64,000 bases of DNA from positions 12,850 to 76,849 of the forward strand of contig JASHOY010000462.1 of the NCBI GenBank assembly GCA_030038435.1, written 5' to 3'. Shown in pieces: positions 37,841-50,550 of the stretch. The stretch comes from Acidobacteriaceae bacterium. GTDB taxonomy: Bacteria; Acidobacteriota; Terriglobia; Terriglobales; Acidobacteriaceae. The first letter of the stretch is position 1. Each line of letters begins with the position of its first letter. The notes beneath the pieces are model-generated. The model saw nothing but the letters and a program-made list of their open reading frames with translations. It had not been told where the DNA came from and searched no databases. Both the position numbers and the translations under genes were made by a program.

Positions 37841-38116
37841 ATGACTATTCGCCATCGCAAAATCTGGTCGGTGCTGCTGGCCGCGGCAATTGCATCCCCA
37901 GTCCTGCTTACCGGCTGCGCGGCTCACCGACGGGTTTACGACGGATATGATCACGCTTATGTTCAATGGGGCGTCGAGTCCCCTTATTACAGGCAGTGGG
38001 AAGATCAAACTCACCGCCATCACGAGCGCTACGAGAAACGCAGCCATCAGGAACAGCAGGAATACTGGCAATGGCGCCACCAGCAGCAGGATCATGGTCA
38101 TGACCACGATCACTAA
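37841..38116 (+). CDS. Small His/Gln-rich lipoprotein
   Basis: AAGGAG RBS; lipobox LTGC; C-terminus DHGHDHDH. Confidence 0.8.
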   Translation: MTIRHRKIWSVLLAAAIASPVLLTGCAAHRRVYDGYDHAYVQWGVESPYYRQWEDQTHRHHERYEKRSHQEQQEYWQWRHQQQDHGHDHDH

Positions 38117-38134
38117 CTTTCTGACCGCTCGAAG

Positions 38135-38350
38135 CTATCTCATCAATCTCCACGCACTCCAGGCAATCATTGCCAGCCCGCTCAGAAACAGCAGGGCGCC
38201 CACAAACCGCACCAGTTCGAAATAGGGGTTAGGCTCTTCGCGCGGACTCCGCAGCGTTCCCACTTCCAACTGCTTCGAATACTGCACGCCCAGCGCTCCC
38301 AGAAGCAACGCTACAAACCCCAGCGCAAATACTTCGATCGGATCGTTCAC
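38135..38350 (-). CDS. Small two-TM protein
   Basis: Two hydrophobic helices; starts 1 nt after the xylE stop. Confidence 0.6.
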   Translation of the reverse strand: MNDPIEVFALGFVALLLGALGVQYSKQLEVGTLRSPREEPNPYFELVRFVGALLFLSGLAMIAWSAWRLMR

Positions 38351-38351
38351 A

Positions 38352-39812
38352 CTAAATCGCCTGTGGGGACTTCTTTCCGGTTACATGCCACAACGCTTCC
38401 ATCTGTTCCAGCGTGCGGCCCTTGGTTTCCGGTACCAGTTTCCACACAAAAACCGCTGCCAGTATGCTCATGACGCCATAGATCCAGTAGGCGAACCCAT
38501 GATCGAAATGCTTCACCAGGTAAGGATTGTTGTCGAGAATCGGAAACGTCCAGCTAACCAGGTAATTGGCGATCCACTGTGCAGCTACCGCCACCGCCAT
38601 CGCCTTGCCGCGAATCTGGTTGGGAAAAATCTCGCTCAGCAGCACCCAGGTCACCGGACCCCACGAAACCGCAAAACCCGCCGTGTACAAAAGCATGCAG
38701 ATCAGCGCGGCGATTCCCTTGCCGCCCAGCCAGAACTCCGTGCCCAGCGCCAGCATACTCGCCGCCATCACCAGCGCTCCGATAATTTGCAGCGGCTTGC
38801 GACCGAACCTGTCTACCGTGAGAATGGCGACCACCGTGAAGGCAAGATTGACCGCGCCCACGATGATGGTCTGAAACAGCGAAGCATTCGTGGTCAGCCC
38901 CATTCCCTTAAAAATATCGGTGGCGTAATAGAGCACCACGTTAATGCCCACAAACTGCTGGAAGACCGAAAGCATCACGCCAATCAAAACCAGCAGCACG
39001 CCGAAGGAAAACAACTTGCCCGAGTGATGTTCACTGAGCGAGGCGCGGATTTCGGCAATCTCTTTCTTGCTCTCTTCCGGCGTCACCAGTTTGGCCAGCA
39101 CCGCGTGGGCTGCGCTCTCATCGCCTTTCAGCATGAGAAAGCGCGGCGTTTCAGGCACAAAGAACAGCAGGATCAAAAACAGCGAAGCCGGAATCGAGCC
39201 GGAAAGGAACATGTAGCGCCAGCCGATGGAATTGAGCCACATATCGCCGCTTCCCGCCTTGGAAATGCCGAAGTTCACGAAGTAAATCACCAGCATGCCA
39301 AAGATAATGGCGAACTGGTTCCACGCCACCAGGTTTCCCCGCACCTTCGGCGGAGCAATTTCGGCAATGTACATTGGCGACAACATCGAAGCCAGGCCCA
39401 CGCCGATGCCGCCAACAATGCGGTAAGCGACAAAATTCCACATGTATCCCGGCCCGCCGTGCCCGATCGGAGCAAACGGAAACTCCGGCGCCGAAGCCCC
39501 CAGCGCCGAGACCAGGAACAGCAGCGCGGCGATGATCAACCCGCGCTTCCGGCCCACATGAGTACTCACCCATCCGCCGATCAACCCGCCGATGATGCAT
39601 CCGATCAGCGCGCTCGACACCACAAAGCCGAGCAGGGAATTCGCGGCATTGGCCTGCGCGGCATTGGTTAAATCCGCAAACCGCGGATTGATGAAATATG
39701 CTTTCAGACTGTCCACTGCGCCGTTGATCACGGCGGTGTCATACCCAAAAAGCAATCCACCCAGCGTGGCGATGAGTGTCAGCAAAACAACGTACGGATT
39801 CATTCGTGACAT
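38352..39812 (-). CDS. xylE: D-xylose/H+ symporter XylE-like sugar porter (MFS)
   Basis: GGLLFGYDTAVI, PMYIAEIAP, QQFVGINVVLYY and PETKG motifs. Start inferred at MSRMNP. Confidence 0.88.
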   Translation of the reverse strand: MSRMNPYVVLLTLIATLGGLLFGYDTAVINGAVDSLKAYFINPRFADLTNAAQANAANSLLGFVVSSALIGCIIGGLIGGWVSTHVGRKRGLIIAALLFLVSALGASAPEFPFAPIGHGGPGYMWNFVAYRIVGGIGVGLASMLSPMYIAEIAPPKVRGNLVAWNQFAIIFGMLVIYFVNFGISKAGSGDMWLNSIGWRYMFLSGSIPASLFLILLFFVPETPRFLMLKGDESAAHAVLAKLVTPEESKKEIAEIRASLSEHHSGKLFSFGVLLVLIGVMLSVFQQFVGINVVLYYATDIFKGMGLTTNASLFQTIIVGAVNLAFTVVAILTVDRFGRKPLQIIGALVMAASMLALGTEFWLGGKGIAALICMLLYTAGFAVSWGPVTWVLLSEIFPNQIRGKAMAVAVAAQWIANYLVSWTFPILDNNPYLVKHFDHGFAYWIYGVMSILAAVFVWKLVPETKGRTLEQMEALWHVTGKKSPQAI

Positions 39813-40310
39813 AAAGTTCCTGCAAATTACCAAGCCAGTGACTGCCGGGCTTTCCGGCCAGGATTCTTGGTTGTCCGCGGCGAGACAGGCGACGCTGCGC
39901 CCGCGGTAGATTGGGCCGATGAAAAGATGCTGGCGTTCTTCAACCAACGCGGCGATTCAGGTCTGCGCGATTCCCGACCATGGCTCATTCAATGGCGCAA
40001 CCCTTTCATTCAATAAATCGGTTCACTGAAGAGTTTGAGGGCATCCCCATGCGGGACCAATGCAATCATAGACCATCGATCGCAAAACCGGCTCGACTGG
40101 CGAAGTATTCGCCAGTCGGGCGCCAATAAATGCGGTTATCGATCGGAATGGTGGGAGATTGCAGGTTAGTCGCAGGCCTGGCGTTTTTTGCCGGCGAATT
40201 CCCTGCAATTGCTGCACTGGCATCGAACCAGGAGTTGAGTTTGCAGATAGATTGCGCCGGCTGAGTGGCTCTCGCTATTTTCGGCTTAAATAAAGGTCTG
40301 CGAACCGGCT

Positions 40311-42302
<1,992 letters not shown>

Positions 42303-42472
42303 GTAGAATCCTCTGGGAAGCAGTGTCGGCACCGCTCATCGCGGCCGCGATCCCGCTCGCCGCGAAAAATGCCGCGTCGGTGTCACTCTATCGGGCGAGG
42401 CGCACTCAGGGCAAGTACCCCAGGCCCGATGCGCGGCGCGTGCGCCGAGGATGCTGCTTCCGGAGGTTCGAC

Positions 42473-44662
42473 TTGCGTATTTTCCTGAAAGGCATTCCTG
42501 TATTGGCGCTGGCCCCGCTTTTCTTTCTCAATGCACCTTCCGCCGTGCCTCAAACCGCCGCATCCCTCCCGCCCGCGGTTGCCGCAGTCGCTACGATTCG
42601 CGAGCGCTTCGTTCAATCCCTGCTCCCCACCGATCAGGCCGCCATCGACTACCTCAACCAACAAGCTGCCAAAGACGCGGCCTCGCTGTCCCCTGAGGGT
42701 AGCTGGGCAGACATCAATTATGCGTCGCGGGAGCGCTCCGAGTGGACTACCGCCGATCATCTTGACCGGGTGTTGCGCATGGCCAAATCCGCGCGCATGC
42801 TTCGCGACCAGGGCCGGCCCGACGCGGTTCTCGAAGCCAAAATTAATCTCGCCTTGAAGTGGTGGACCGATCACGACTATCACAATCCCAACTGGTGGTG
42901 GAACGAAATCGGCGTTCCCATGCTCCTCGGCCAGATCGGCAACGTGGCGGCTCCCCAGATCCCGGCTGCCGAACGAGACAAAATCGTTACCATCATGAAG
43001 CGCAGCAACTGGAGCCGCGTTCCATGGACTGGCGCCAACCTCACCTGGGGCGTCAGCATTGAAATTGCCCGCGGCTGCATTGAGAACGATCCCTTCGCAG
43101 TTGCGCAGGGATACTTCCGCATGTACGACGAAATCAAGACTGTCAGCCAGCTTCACGATGGCATCCAGCAGGACGACTCCTTTCACCAGCACGGAGCGCA
43201 GCTTTATAACGGCGGATACGGCCTCGACTTCGCCTCTGATGTGGCGCGATTCGTCTCCTATTCCTGGGGCACGCAATTTGAGATTTCGCCAGACAAAATG
43301 GCCATCTTCAGCTCCTATCTTCTCGACGGCGAGCGCTGGATGATTCGCGGCTTCGGCAAAGGGTTCGACTATAGCGTCATAGGCCGGGAGATCACCCGTC
43401 CCTACAGCGCACCTTCGCTCGCCAACAAGTCCGCCGGCCCCATCTATCCGGCCCTCGGCGAGGTTTACGGCTTTGCCCACGCACTCACCCTGCTCGCCGC
43501 CGAGCCCACTCCGCGCCAACCGGAACTGCAGGCTTTCGCTGCATACGTGAGCGGCCGGCCGGGAGCGCCCGAGTTCACCGGCAACAAACAATTCTGGTGC
43601 TCCGACTACATGGCGCAGCGCCGTGATGACTACTTCACCTCCGTCAAAATGCTTTCCCAGCGCATGCTCAATGCGGAGTTAGTCAATTCCGAAGGCAAAA
43701 AATCCGTCCACTTGTCCGATGGCGCCAACTTCATTTATCTCAATGGCGATGAATATCTGAATATCTTTCCGGTCTGGGACTGGACCAAGATTCCCGGCAC
43801 TACGGCGATCCAGGGAACGCTGGAAACCGGCGAGCCTGATGCCATCAAAGCGCGCGGCACAACCACCTTCGACGGCGGTGTATCCGACGGCACTTATGGA
43901 CTGGCCACCATGGACCTCAAGCGCGGCCACCTTACCGCGGAAAAATCCTGGTTCTTCTTCGATTCGAGCTATGTCGCCCTGGGCACGGGCATCACCCTCG
44001 ATAACGACACTTCGCACCACGTCGCTACCGACGTGAATCAGCCGCTGCTCAAGGGAGATGTTCTGACCAGCGAGACCGAAGGCCCGTTGCGACAGGGAAG
44101 TTACAGCTATGACACTTCGCACCCGGTCTGGGTTTATCACGATCATATTGGTTACATTTTTCCGCCGCAGACTCAGATCTCGCTCTCACTCGGCCCGCAA
44201 ACCGGCAAATGGTCCGAGATCGGCACCGGTCCGGAGAAGCCGGTGACCAGGGATGTCTTCGATCTCTGGATCGACGACGGCGTTGCGCCGCAAGATGCGC
44301 GGTACCAATACATCGTCGTACCCAATACCACCCCCGACGGTGTGGCCCAGCGTGCCAAAGACTCGGGTCTGGATATCCTGGCCAACAACCGCGTGATTCA
44401 GGCCGTCTACAATCCGCGCCTCAAGCTGGCTGAACTCGTCTATCGCGAGCCGCAATATATAAAGACTCCGCTGGGCATTATCAGGGCCGATCATGCATGT
44501 CTTTTGCTGGTCCACCAAACCGCGGGGGGTCTGCGCATCACCGCCTCCGACCCCGAAGACCTGCCGCTGACGCTTACCATCACCATTGATGAAAAGCCAT
44601 TCACGCTCGAACTGCCCGGAGGCAACATGGCCGGCAGCAGCGTGAGCAGGGAAGTGCGCTGA
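42473..44662 (+). CDS. Polysaccharide lyase family 8 (chondroitin AC/hyaluronate lyase-like), secreted
   Basis: NWWWNEIG, TGANL, DDSFHQHG..YNGGYG and WDWTKIPGTT motifs. TTG start inferred before the signal peptide. Confidence 0.9.
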   Translation: MRIFLKGIPVLALAPLFFLNAPSAVPQTAASLPPAVAAVATIRERFVQSLLPTDQAAIDYLNQQAAKDAASLSPEGSWADINYASRERSEWTTADHLDRVLRMAKSARMLRDQGRPDAVLEAKINLALKWWTDHDYHNPNWWWNEIGVPMLLGQIGNVAAPQIPAAERDKIVTIMKRSNWSRVPWTGANLTWGVSIEIARGCIENDPFAVAQGYFRMYDEIKTVSQLHDGIQQDDSFHQHGAQLYNGGYGLDFASDVARFVSYSWGTQFEISPDKMAIFSSYLLDGERWMIRGFGKGFDYSVIGREITRPYSAPSLANKSAGPIYPALGEVYGFAHALTLLAAEPTPRQPELQAFAAYVSGRPGAPEFTGNKQFWCSDYMAQRRDDYFTSVKMLSQRMLNAELVNSEGKKSVHLSDGANFIYLNGDEYLNIFPVWDWTKIPGTTAIQGTLETGEPDAIKARGTTTFDGGVSDGTYGLATMDLKRGHLTAEKSWFFFDSSYVALGTGITLDNDTSHHVATDVNQPLLKGDVLTSETEGPLRQGSYSYDTSHPVWVYHDHIGYIFPPQTQISLSLGPQTGKWSEIGTGPEKPVTRDVFDLWIDDGVAPQDARYQYIVVPNTTPDGVAQRAKDSGLDILANNRVIQAVYNPRLKLAELVYREPQYIKTPLGIIRADHACLLLVHQTAGGLRITASDPEDLPLTLTITIDEKPFTLELPGGNMAGSSVSREVR

Positions 44663-44683
44663 GAGGATAGAAGAGAACCGCGT

Positions 44684-46309
44684 CTAATCTCTTTTTCGCC
44701 GCTGATGGGTGGAAGGTATCTTCATATCTTCGCGGTATTTGGCTACGGTACGCCGGGTAAGCCGGATTCCCTGCTGCTGCAGCATCTCCGCAATCTGGTC
44801 GTCAGTGAGCGGATGTCGCGCGTCTTCTTCCTCGATCAGCTTGCGCACTTTGCGCTTGAGCACCAGCAGCGGCGTGTCCGCGCCTTCCGGCCCGTTCGAT
44901 CCTTCGGAAAAGAAGAATCGCAATTCCACGACGCCCTGCGGGGTGTGCGCATACTTGTTGGCTACGGCGCGGCTTACCGTCGAAGGATGCACGCCGATTT
45001 CCTCGGCAACTTCCTTGATCATCATCGGCCGCAGCGCTTCGACGCCACGGTCCAGGAAATCCTGTTGTCGCCGCACGATCACTTCGCAGGTGCGCAGGAT
45101 GGTGCTTTTTCGCTGTGCGATGTGGCGCATCAGTTGCAGTGCCGAGCGGAACCGCTCCTTTACATATTCTTTGACTTCTTTTTCCGTGTTCTGAGCGATG
45201 AGCATGCGGCGGTAGCGCTGGCTCAGACGCAGGCTGGGCAGATCTTCCTCGTTCATGGACACGGTCCACTCGTCGCCGCGCTTCACGAAAAATACATCCG
45301 GCTCGATCAGGCGCGTCTCTTCGCGGTTGTACATTCGCCCGGGCCGCGGATCGAGAGTGCGAATAAACCCCACCCCGGCCTGCGCATCTTCCATGGAAAT
45401 GTGCGCCGCCTGCGCTAAGTCTTTCAAGTCGCGCTTCTGCAGCAAATGAAGATGGCGATCTACAATCTGCGCCGCCACTTCCATAATGCGCCGCCGATCC
45501 TCGATTCGCGCCTCGGCCTCGGCAAGAAAGCTTCCGTGCGGATTCTCCTCCACTTCAGCAGACAGATTGACACTCGGGCCATACAGAGTGACAAACTCTT
45601 CCTGTTGCGCGGCAATCTGCAACGCCAGGCACTCGCGCAGATCCCGCGCGCCTACGCCCGCCGGGTCCAGATGCCGCACCTGTTCAATAGCCCGTATCAG
45701 CAGTTGCTCAACGGTATCCGGTCCCGAACCGTTGGCTGACGAAGGGCCATTTTCCGGCGCCGTCCCGTTTGCGGTCGCCCCTTGCACCGCGGCCTTCAGT
45801 GCCTCCAAAAGCTCATCTTCACTGGCGGCCAGATATCCATTTTCATCCAGGTTCCCGACCACGAATTCCGCGGCCGCGTGCAGTTCGGGCTCGAGATTCA
45901 GCGCCCCCAGTTGCCACGCCAGGTGATCGGACAGCGTGGTCGGCTGGGAGAGAAAATTCTCAAACGACGGCCTGTCGTTCTCTTCATATTCAGGCTGGGT
46001 GCGATAACCGGGATCAAGATATTCCTGGAAGTACGATCCGAAGTCGATTTCGTTGAACACGTCTTTGGGTGGCGCCGCAGCCTCTTCGGCCCCGCGCTCC
46101 AGCCGCTCCTCACGGCTGGTAATCTCGTCCACCGTCGGAACCGATTCGTCAATCTCTTCGAGAACGGGATTTTCCACCATCTCGGCATCGATCATCTCCT
46201 TCAGTTCCATCTTGTTGAGCGCGAGCACGCTCACCATCTGCACCAGGCTGGGTGTCAGCACCTGGCGTTGTGCTACTTTTACGTTCAATCTAGGCTGCAG
46301 CAGCGCCAT
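44684..46309 (-). CDS. rpoN: RNA polymerase sigma54 factor
   Basis: ENPVLEE, GNLDENGYL, HPSTVSRA and the RpoN box RRTVAKYR. Confidence 0.97.
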   Translation of the reverse strand: MALLQPRLNVKVAQRQVLTPSLVQMVSVLALNKMELKEMIDAEMVENPVLEEIDESVPTVDEITSREERLERGAEEAAAPPKDVFNEIDFGSYFQEYLDPGYRTQPEYEENDRPSFENFLSQPTTLSDHLAWQLGALNLEPELHAAAEFVVGNLDENGYLAASEDELLEALKAAVQGATANGTAPENGPSSANGSGPDTVEQLLIRAIEQVRHLDPAGVGARDLRECLALQIAAQQEEFVTLYGPSVNLSAEVEENPHGSFLAEAEARIEDRRRIMEVAAQIVDRHLHLLQKRDLKDLAQAAHISMEDAQAGVGFIRTLDPRPGRMYNREETRLIEPDVFFVKRGDEWTVSMNEEDLPSLRLSQRYRRMLIAQNTEKEVKEYVKERFRSALQLMRHIAQRKSTILRTCEVIVRRQQDFLDRGVEALRPMMIKEVAEEIGVHPSTVSRAVANKYAHTPQGVVELRFFFSEGSNGPEGADTPLLVLKRKVRKLIEEEDARHPLTDDQIAEMLQQQGIRLTRRTVAKYREDMKIPSTHQRRKRD

Positions 46310-46516
46310 AGAGGAGTCATTCCGTCTCTGGACTCATTGTGAGTCTAATCGTATGAGAAAAAGCTTAACCCAAAAAATATTTCGTTTTCGAGCCGTTTTG
46401 CCAGAACGGAAATCCCAGCCATGGGGCGTCCCGTTCTGGTATGTGCCTTTACCTTTCCGCCGGATCCGTGATGAAGAGCACATCCCACCATTGTCTCATT
46501 GACGGCGTGTCGCGCA

Positions 46517-47245
46517 TCATCCCAGCGAGAATCCTTCTCCCAGATATACGCGCCGCACTTCCACGTCGTTTCCCAATTCGTGGGGTGTGCCGGCACGGAA
46601 GATTCGCCCCTCGGCAATAATGTACGCCCGGTCCGTCACCCGCAGTGTCTCGCGAACGCTATGATCGGTGATCAGCACTCCGATTCCGCTCGCTTTCATA
46701 TCGAAAATGATCTTCTGCAGTTCCAGCACGGCAATGGGATCGATTCCGCTGAAGGGCTCATCCAGCAGAATAAAACTCGGTTGAATGCAGAGCGCGCGGG
46801 CTATTTCAACGCGCCGCCGCTCCCCGCCCGACAGCCCATAACCGCGCGTAGTCCGAATATGTCCAAGGCTGAGCTGGTTGATCAGGCGCTCGGCACGCGT
46901 CTTGCGTTCCCGGTTTTCCAGGGGCTGCGCCTCCAGCACCGCCAGAATGTTTTCTTCCACGGTCAGCTTGCGGAAAATCGACGGCTCCTGGGGAAGATAA
47001 CTGATGCCGAAATTGCGCGCGCGCAGATACATGGGCAGGCGCGTGATTTCTGTGTCGTCCACTGTCACCCGGCCGGCTTCCGGCGGCACCAGCCCTACGA
47101 TCATGTAAAAGCTGGTTGTCTTTCCCGCGCCGTTGGGGCCCAGCAGTCCCACCACCTCGCCGCGAGAAATATGCAGGCTGACTCCGCGGACAACCTGCCT
47201 TCCCTTATAAGATTTGGCGATTCCTTCGGCCCTCAGGGTCTGCAT
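46517..47245 (-). CDS. lptB: LPS export ABC ATPase
   Basis: [29 protein letters not shown] and LLDEPF motifs; upstream of rpoN. Start inferred at MQTL. Confidence 0.95.
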   Translation of the reverse strand: MQTLRAEGIAKSYKGRQVVRGVSLHISRGEVVGLLGPNGAGKTTSFYMIVGLVPPEAGRVTVDDTEITRLPMYLRARNFGISYLPQEPSIFRKLTVEENILAVLEAQPLENRERKTRAERLINQLSLGHIRTTRGYGLSGGERRRVEIARALCIQPSFILLDEPFSGIDPIAVLELQKIIFDMKASGIGVLITDHSVRETLRVTDRAYIIAEGRIFRAGTPHELGNDVEVRRVYLGEGFSLG

Positions 47246-47383
47246 CTCGAGTCGTTGGCTCTCCTCCTGCAATTCCAGAGGCAATTGCTGTTCGAATTTC
47301 TCGCTTTCCAGGTTCCCTGCCGGTCTTATGGACCCGATGGTGTCCCTCTCGGGAGGTTTCATGCCTGGAATTGCCGCGCGCGG

Positions 47384-49843
47384 TTATCGCCGTGGCGCAG
47401 TCGTCTCTGTCCGGGTCTCGTGTCCGCGGCCTTCGATACTGACGCTATCATTGCGGCTATTGAAAATCAAAGCCGCGCCGGTCACGGTGCCGCGCGACGG
47501 ATCGTTCAATCGCGGCGGTTTGGCGGGCGTACCAGTTAGCGCATAGTCGCCGGTCAGGCCCGAGTACACCAGCTTCGCTCCGTCGCCCCGCCGCCCCTGG
47601 GAAATCACCACCACGTCCCCGCTTGCGGTCACGCGCTCCACTTCTGTGGCCGAATTATTGGCACTCCGCGGCCCCAGGAGCAGCACCACCTGATGCGCGG
47701 TGCAGGTCGCTCCGCCCGCCTCGGCGACCACCGGCCCCAGCGCGCCGGTCGTCATCACCGCCCGGTGTTCCGCATCGGAATAGGTGAACTCCCCGCCACG
47801 CACCCGAATGACCGAGGGAGAATGGGATTTCTCTTTTGGCTTCTTTTGGGTTTGCGCCCCGGGAGCCATTTCTGTTGCCGCCTCGTTTCTGGCCAGCAGC
47901 ACTGCCTCCACCGGGGTGTCTTGCCTGGTGCTTCGCGCCACCACCGTTTGCCTGGCGCGATTCAGAACAATCACCGGCGCCGCAATCGAGTTCGCTTCCT
48001 GCCACAGCCGCGCATGTCCGCGGAATTCCGCCTGGCCCCCCGCCTGCATAAAATGCGCTTCATCGGCAACCACGTGCGCCGGTGCCTGCCCTCCCAATGC
48101 CAGTCCCGCCGGCTTTGCTCCCGCCGGTTCTGCGGTGGGCGCGCTTGTTTTGTTGTCCTGTCCGGTCGCGGCGTCCGTTTCCAGCCACGTTGCCTTCACG
48201 TCCCCGTGCGCGAAGCCTTCGCCCGCCTGCTCAAAGACATCAATTATTTTTGCCGACAGCTCCAGTCCGCCGTCGTCGAGGCGCGGGTTCTCGGTCAGTT
48301 CCAGCCGCTGGTCCGCACCCGCATAGGTCGCGTGTCCAGCCGTTGCCCGCATGGTTGACTGCGCCTGCGCACCCGCCTTCTGCGCAGGATGCTCGACCAG
48401 CACCACATTACCGTCCAGCACCGCCGATTGAATCTCTGCCGCGGTGTTCTTTGCGCCCGGCGTTTTCTTTGCCGCTTCCACAGCCGGCGCCAGCCGCGCA
48501 TCAATCCGGTCTCCCGTCGCCTTCTCCCGTGCGCCGTTCGCGGCGGTCTGTTCCATTTCCGCATGGCCGACGCCCTGGATTGCCGTCAGCTGCGCCGCCG
48601 GACCAAACTGACCTGTCACCTGGTCTGCCGTTAGCCGCGCCGGTAACGGCGTAGCATTGCCCCGCTGCGTTTCGGTGGTGACCACCACGCCGCCAGATCC
48701 GTGCAGTTCAGCCGGTTGGATTCGCCCATTTCCGGCATCGCGAAAATCCATTTGCGCTACCGGCGAACGCCAGGTCCGGCTGACCCGAAGCGCCTTTGCG
48801 CCTGAGCCGTTCTCCGTCTCGCTGCGCATCTCCACGCCCTGGCTCATCGCAACTTGCTTCAACCTGCCCTGCGCTCCGAATTGCATCTCTGCACTCGGCG
48901 CCGATCCCAGCAATTGCCTACCCGCACCCTCCGAAGTCAGTTTTACCCCGCCGCTCATTTCCCCATTCCTCGGCAGGTTGTGCGCCCCGAAGAGCAGAAA
49001 ACCCACAGGCGAACTCAGCTGCCCGCCATCGGTCGTGACCAGCGTAAATCCATCCGCCGCGTCGAGCCGCTGCGCCGAGCCGTCTTTGCGAAAGAGGATC
49101 TTCGCCCATCCGCCTCTTGCCTGTCCGCCTTTGAAGTCGATGGTCGCGTTGGTCAGCCGGCAAACTTGCGCATTGCGCTCCAGCTCCGCATGCTCGGCCT
49201 GCACCACCACTTTCTTGCCGCCATGCGTAGTGGTCAGTTGCACCGCGTGATCGAGCACCAGAAATCCCCGCTGGGAGTCGTATTTTGCGCCAATGGCGGT
49301 GCCATTTCCACTCTCCATGGTGAAGTTCACTTTTTTTGCGGTGGTCAGCACGCCGGTGTTTTTATTGAAGCTCAGCCCGCTGGTTTTCACGTGCAGCGCG
49401 CCGGCGGCCGTTGGACCCTCCGGCGGCTTGGTTCCGCTCGCCGCCGCAACTGGGGGGCGGGTCAGCTTGATGTCGACCGGACCTTGCGCCGTGCCCACGC
49501 CGCTCTTCGTGTCGTACTCAAAATTGCTTCCCGAAATGCTGTCCACGCCGTTCCCGTCTTTGCCAAAGAACTCAATCTGCACATTGTGCAGCAGCTCATG
49601 GTCGTTGTTCAGTTGTTCGGCGCGCGAGGCATGAATCTTGAACAGCATGTGACCGCCGTGCGCTTCCGCGTAGGTGACGCCGCTTGCCTCCTGCAGTACG
49701 TTCTGGGCTAGCCGCTTGGGCAGGTCGCGCCCGTTGAGCACATTTTTCCATCGGCCCACTGCCAGAAAAGCGGCGAGCGCCAGCACCAGAACGACCCCTG
49801 TTGCCAGCACCAGGGTCCGCATTCGCTCTATGGTGAAGCGCAT
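47384..49843 (-). CDS. Large LptC/LptA (OstA-like) multi-repeat protein, 819 aa
   Basis: N-terminal TM, then repeated beta-jellyroll-like units (A.G.V..Q, L.LTG.P); directly upstream of lptB. Start at MRFTIERMR after GAGG. Confidence 0.8.
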   Translation of the reverse strand: MRFTIERMRTLVLATGVVLVLALAAFLAVGRWKNVLNGRDLPKRLAQNVLQEASGVTYAEAHGGHMLFKIHASRAEQLNNDHELLHNVQIEFFGKDGNGVDSISGSNFEYDTKSGVGTAQGPVDIKLTRPPVAAASGTKPPEGPTAAGALHVKTSGLSFNKNTGVLTTAKKVNFTMESGNGTAIGAKYDSQRGFLVLDHAVQLTTTHGGKKVVVQAEHAELERNAQVCRLTNATIDFKGGQARGGWAKILFRKDGSAQRLDAADGFTLVTTDGGQLSSPVGFLLFGAHNLPRNGEMSGGVKLTSEGAGRQLLGSAPSAEMQFGAQGRLKQVAMSQGVEMRSETENGSGAKALRVSRTWRSPVAQMDFRDAGNGRIQPAELHGSGGVVVTTETQRGNATPLPARLTADQVTGQFGPAAQLTAIQGVGHAEMEQTAANGAREKATGDRIDARLAPAVEAAKKTPGAKNTAAEIQSAVLDGNVVLVEHPAQKAGAQAQSTMRATAGHATYAGADQRLELTENPRLDDGGLELSAKIIDVFEQAGEGFAHGDVKATWLETDAATGQDNKTSAPTAEPAGAKPAGLALGGQAPAHVVADEAHFMQAGGQAEFRGHARLWQEANSIAAPVIVLNRARQTVVARSTRQDTPVEAVLLARNEAATEMAPGAQTQKKPKEKSHSPSVIRVRGGEFTYSDAEHRAVMTTGALGPVVAEAGGATCTAHQVVLLLGPRSANNSATEVERVTASGDVVVISQGRRGDGAKLVYSGLTGDYALTGTPAKPPRLNDPSRGTVTGAALIFNSRNDSVSIEGRGHETRTETTAPRR

Positions 49844-49845
49844 CC

Positions 49846-50469
49846 TCAGTTGCCCGCCCCCAGGCGCGCGGCCAATCGCTGCGCCAGGCTTTCGCCCAGT
49901 TCGCTCCACAAGATCCGCGCCGTCGCTCCGGAGCCTTTTTCGACCGCCACAGCCAACTCCACAAGCTGCCGCACGTTTTCCTCCACGTGCTGCGCCCCCT
50001 GCGCGTCCAGTTCCACGTCTTCTTCCAGAAACGGTGCGTCCGAGCCGAAGTCGATTTTGATATGCCCGTCCTGCTCGTAGGCGCCGTCTTCGAAGAGCGG
50101 TCCGTAGCCGGTCACGCGCACCAGCCGCGGCTGTTTTACCCATCTCGGATCGAGGCCGGCGGCAACCTCTAGTTCCCACAGATTCCACCCGATCTGGAAC
50201 TCGAAGGCGTAATCGTCATGGAGAAGTTCCATGGCGTTTTCAACCGCCTGGGGTGGCAAGGCCCCGCGCTCACCTCCGGCGCCTGTGCGCCCATAAACCC
50301 GCTGAAAGAGGGCAGTCTCGCTCCAGCTCACAGGCCAGACCGTCGCTGAGTACACCAGCTTTTCGCCGCCGTGTGCCGCAAAAGCCTCCAACACTGCCGT
50401 CATTTTGCCGGGCAGGGCCTCGAGGCGTAAGTTTGGATACCACAAACTCAAGTAAAGCGTGTCAGACAT
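49846..50469 (-). CDS. Hypothetical protein, first gene of the lpt-rpoN operon
   Basis: 207-aa acidic globular ORF whose stop is 2 nt before the next ATG. Confidence 0.8.
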   Translation of the reverse strand: MSDTLYLSLWYPNLRLEALPGKMTAVLEAFAAHGGEKLVYSATVWPVSWSETALFQRVYGRTGAGGERGALPPQAVENAMELLHDDYAFEFQIGWNLWELEVAAGLDPRWVKQPRLVRVTGYGPLFEDGAYEQDGHIKIDFGSDAPFLEEDVELDAQGAQHVEENVRQLVELAVAVEKGSGATARILWSELGESLAQRLAARLGAGN

Positions 50470-50550
50470 CTATGTAGATTTTAGACGTTGGACGGTTGAT
50501 TCGCGATTATGCTCTAAATGCGCACCCCTCCGCGATATACACTCTTTGCC

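Noticed and set aside
39821-39838. Sigma54-like CTGGCTTGGTAATTTGCA before xylE
   Set aside because: GG-to-GC spacing is 11 rather than the strict 10, and it sits too close to the inferred start codon.
49844-50188. N-terminal extension of the 934-aa ORF
   Set aside because: Overlaps the 207-aa gene in another frame and is Arg/Gly-rich noise; the start at 49843 has an RBS followed by a TM segment.
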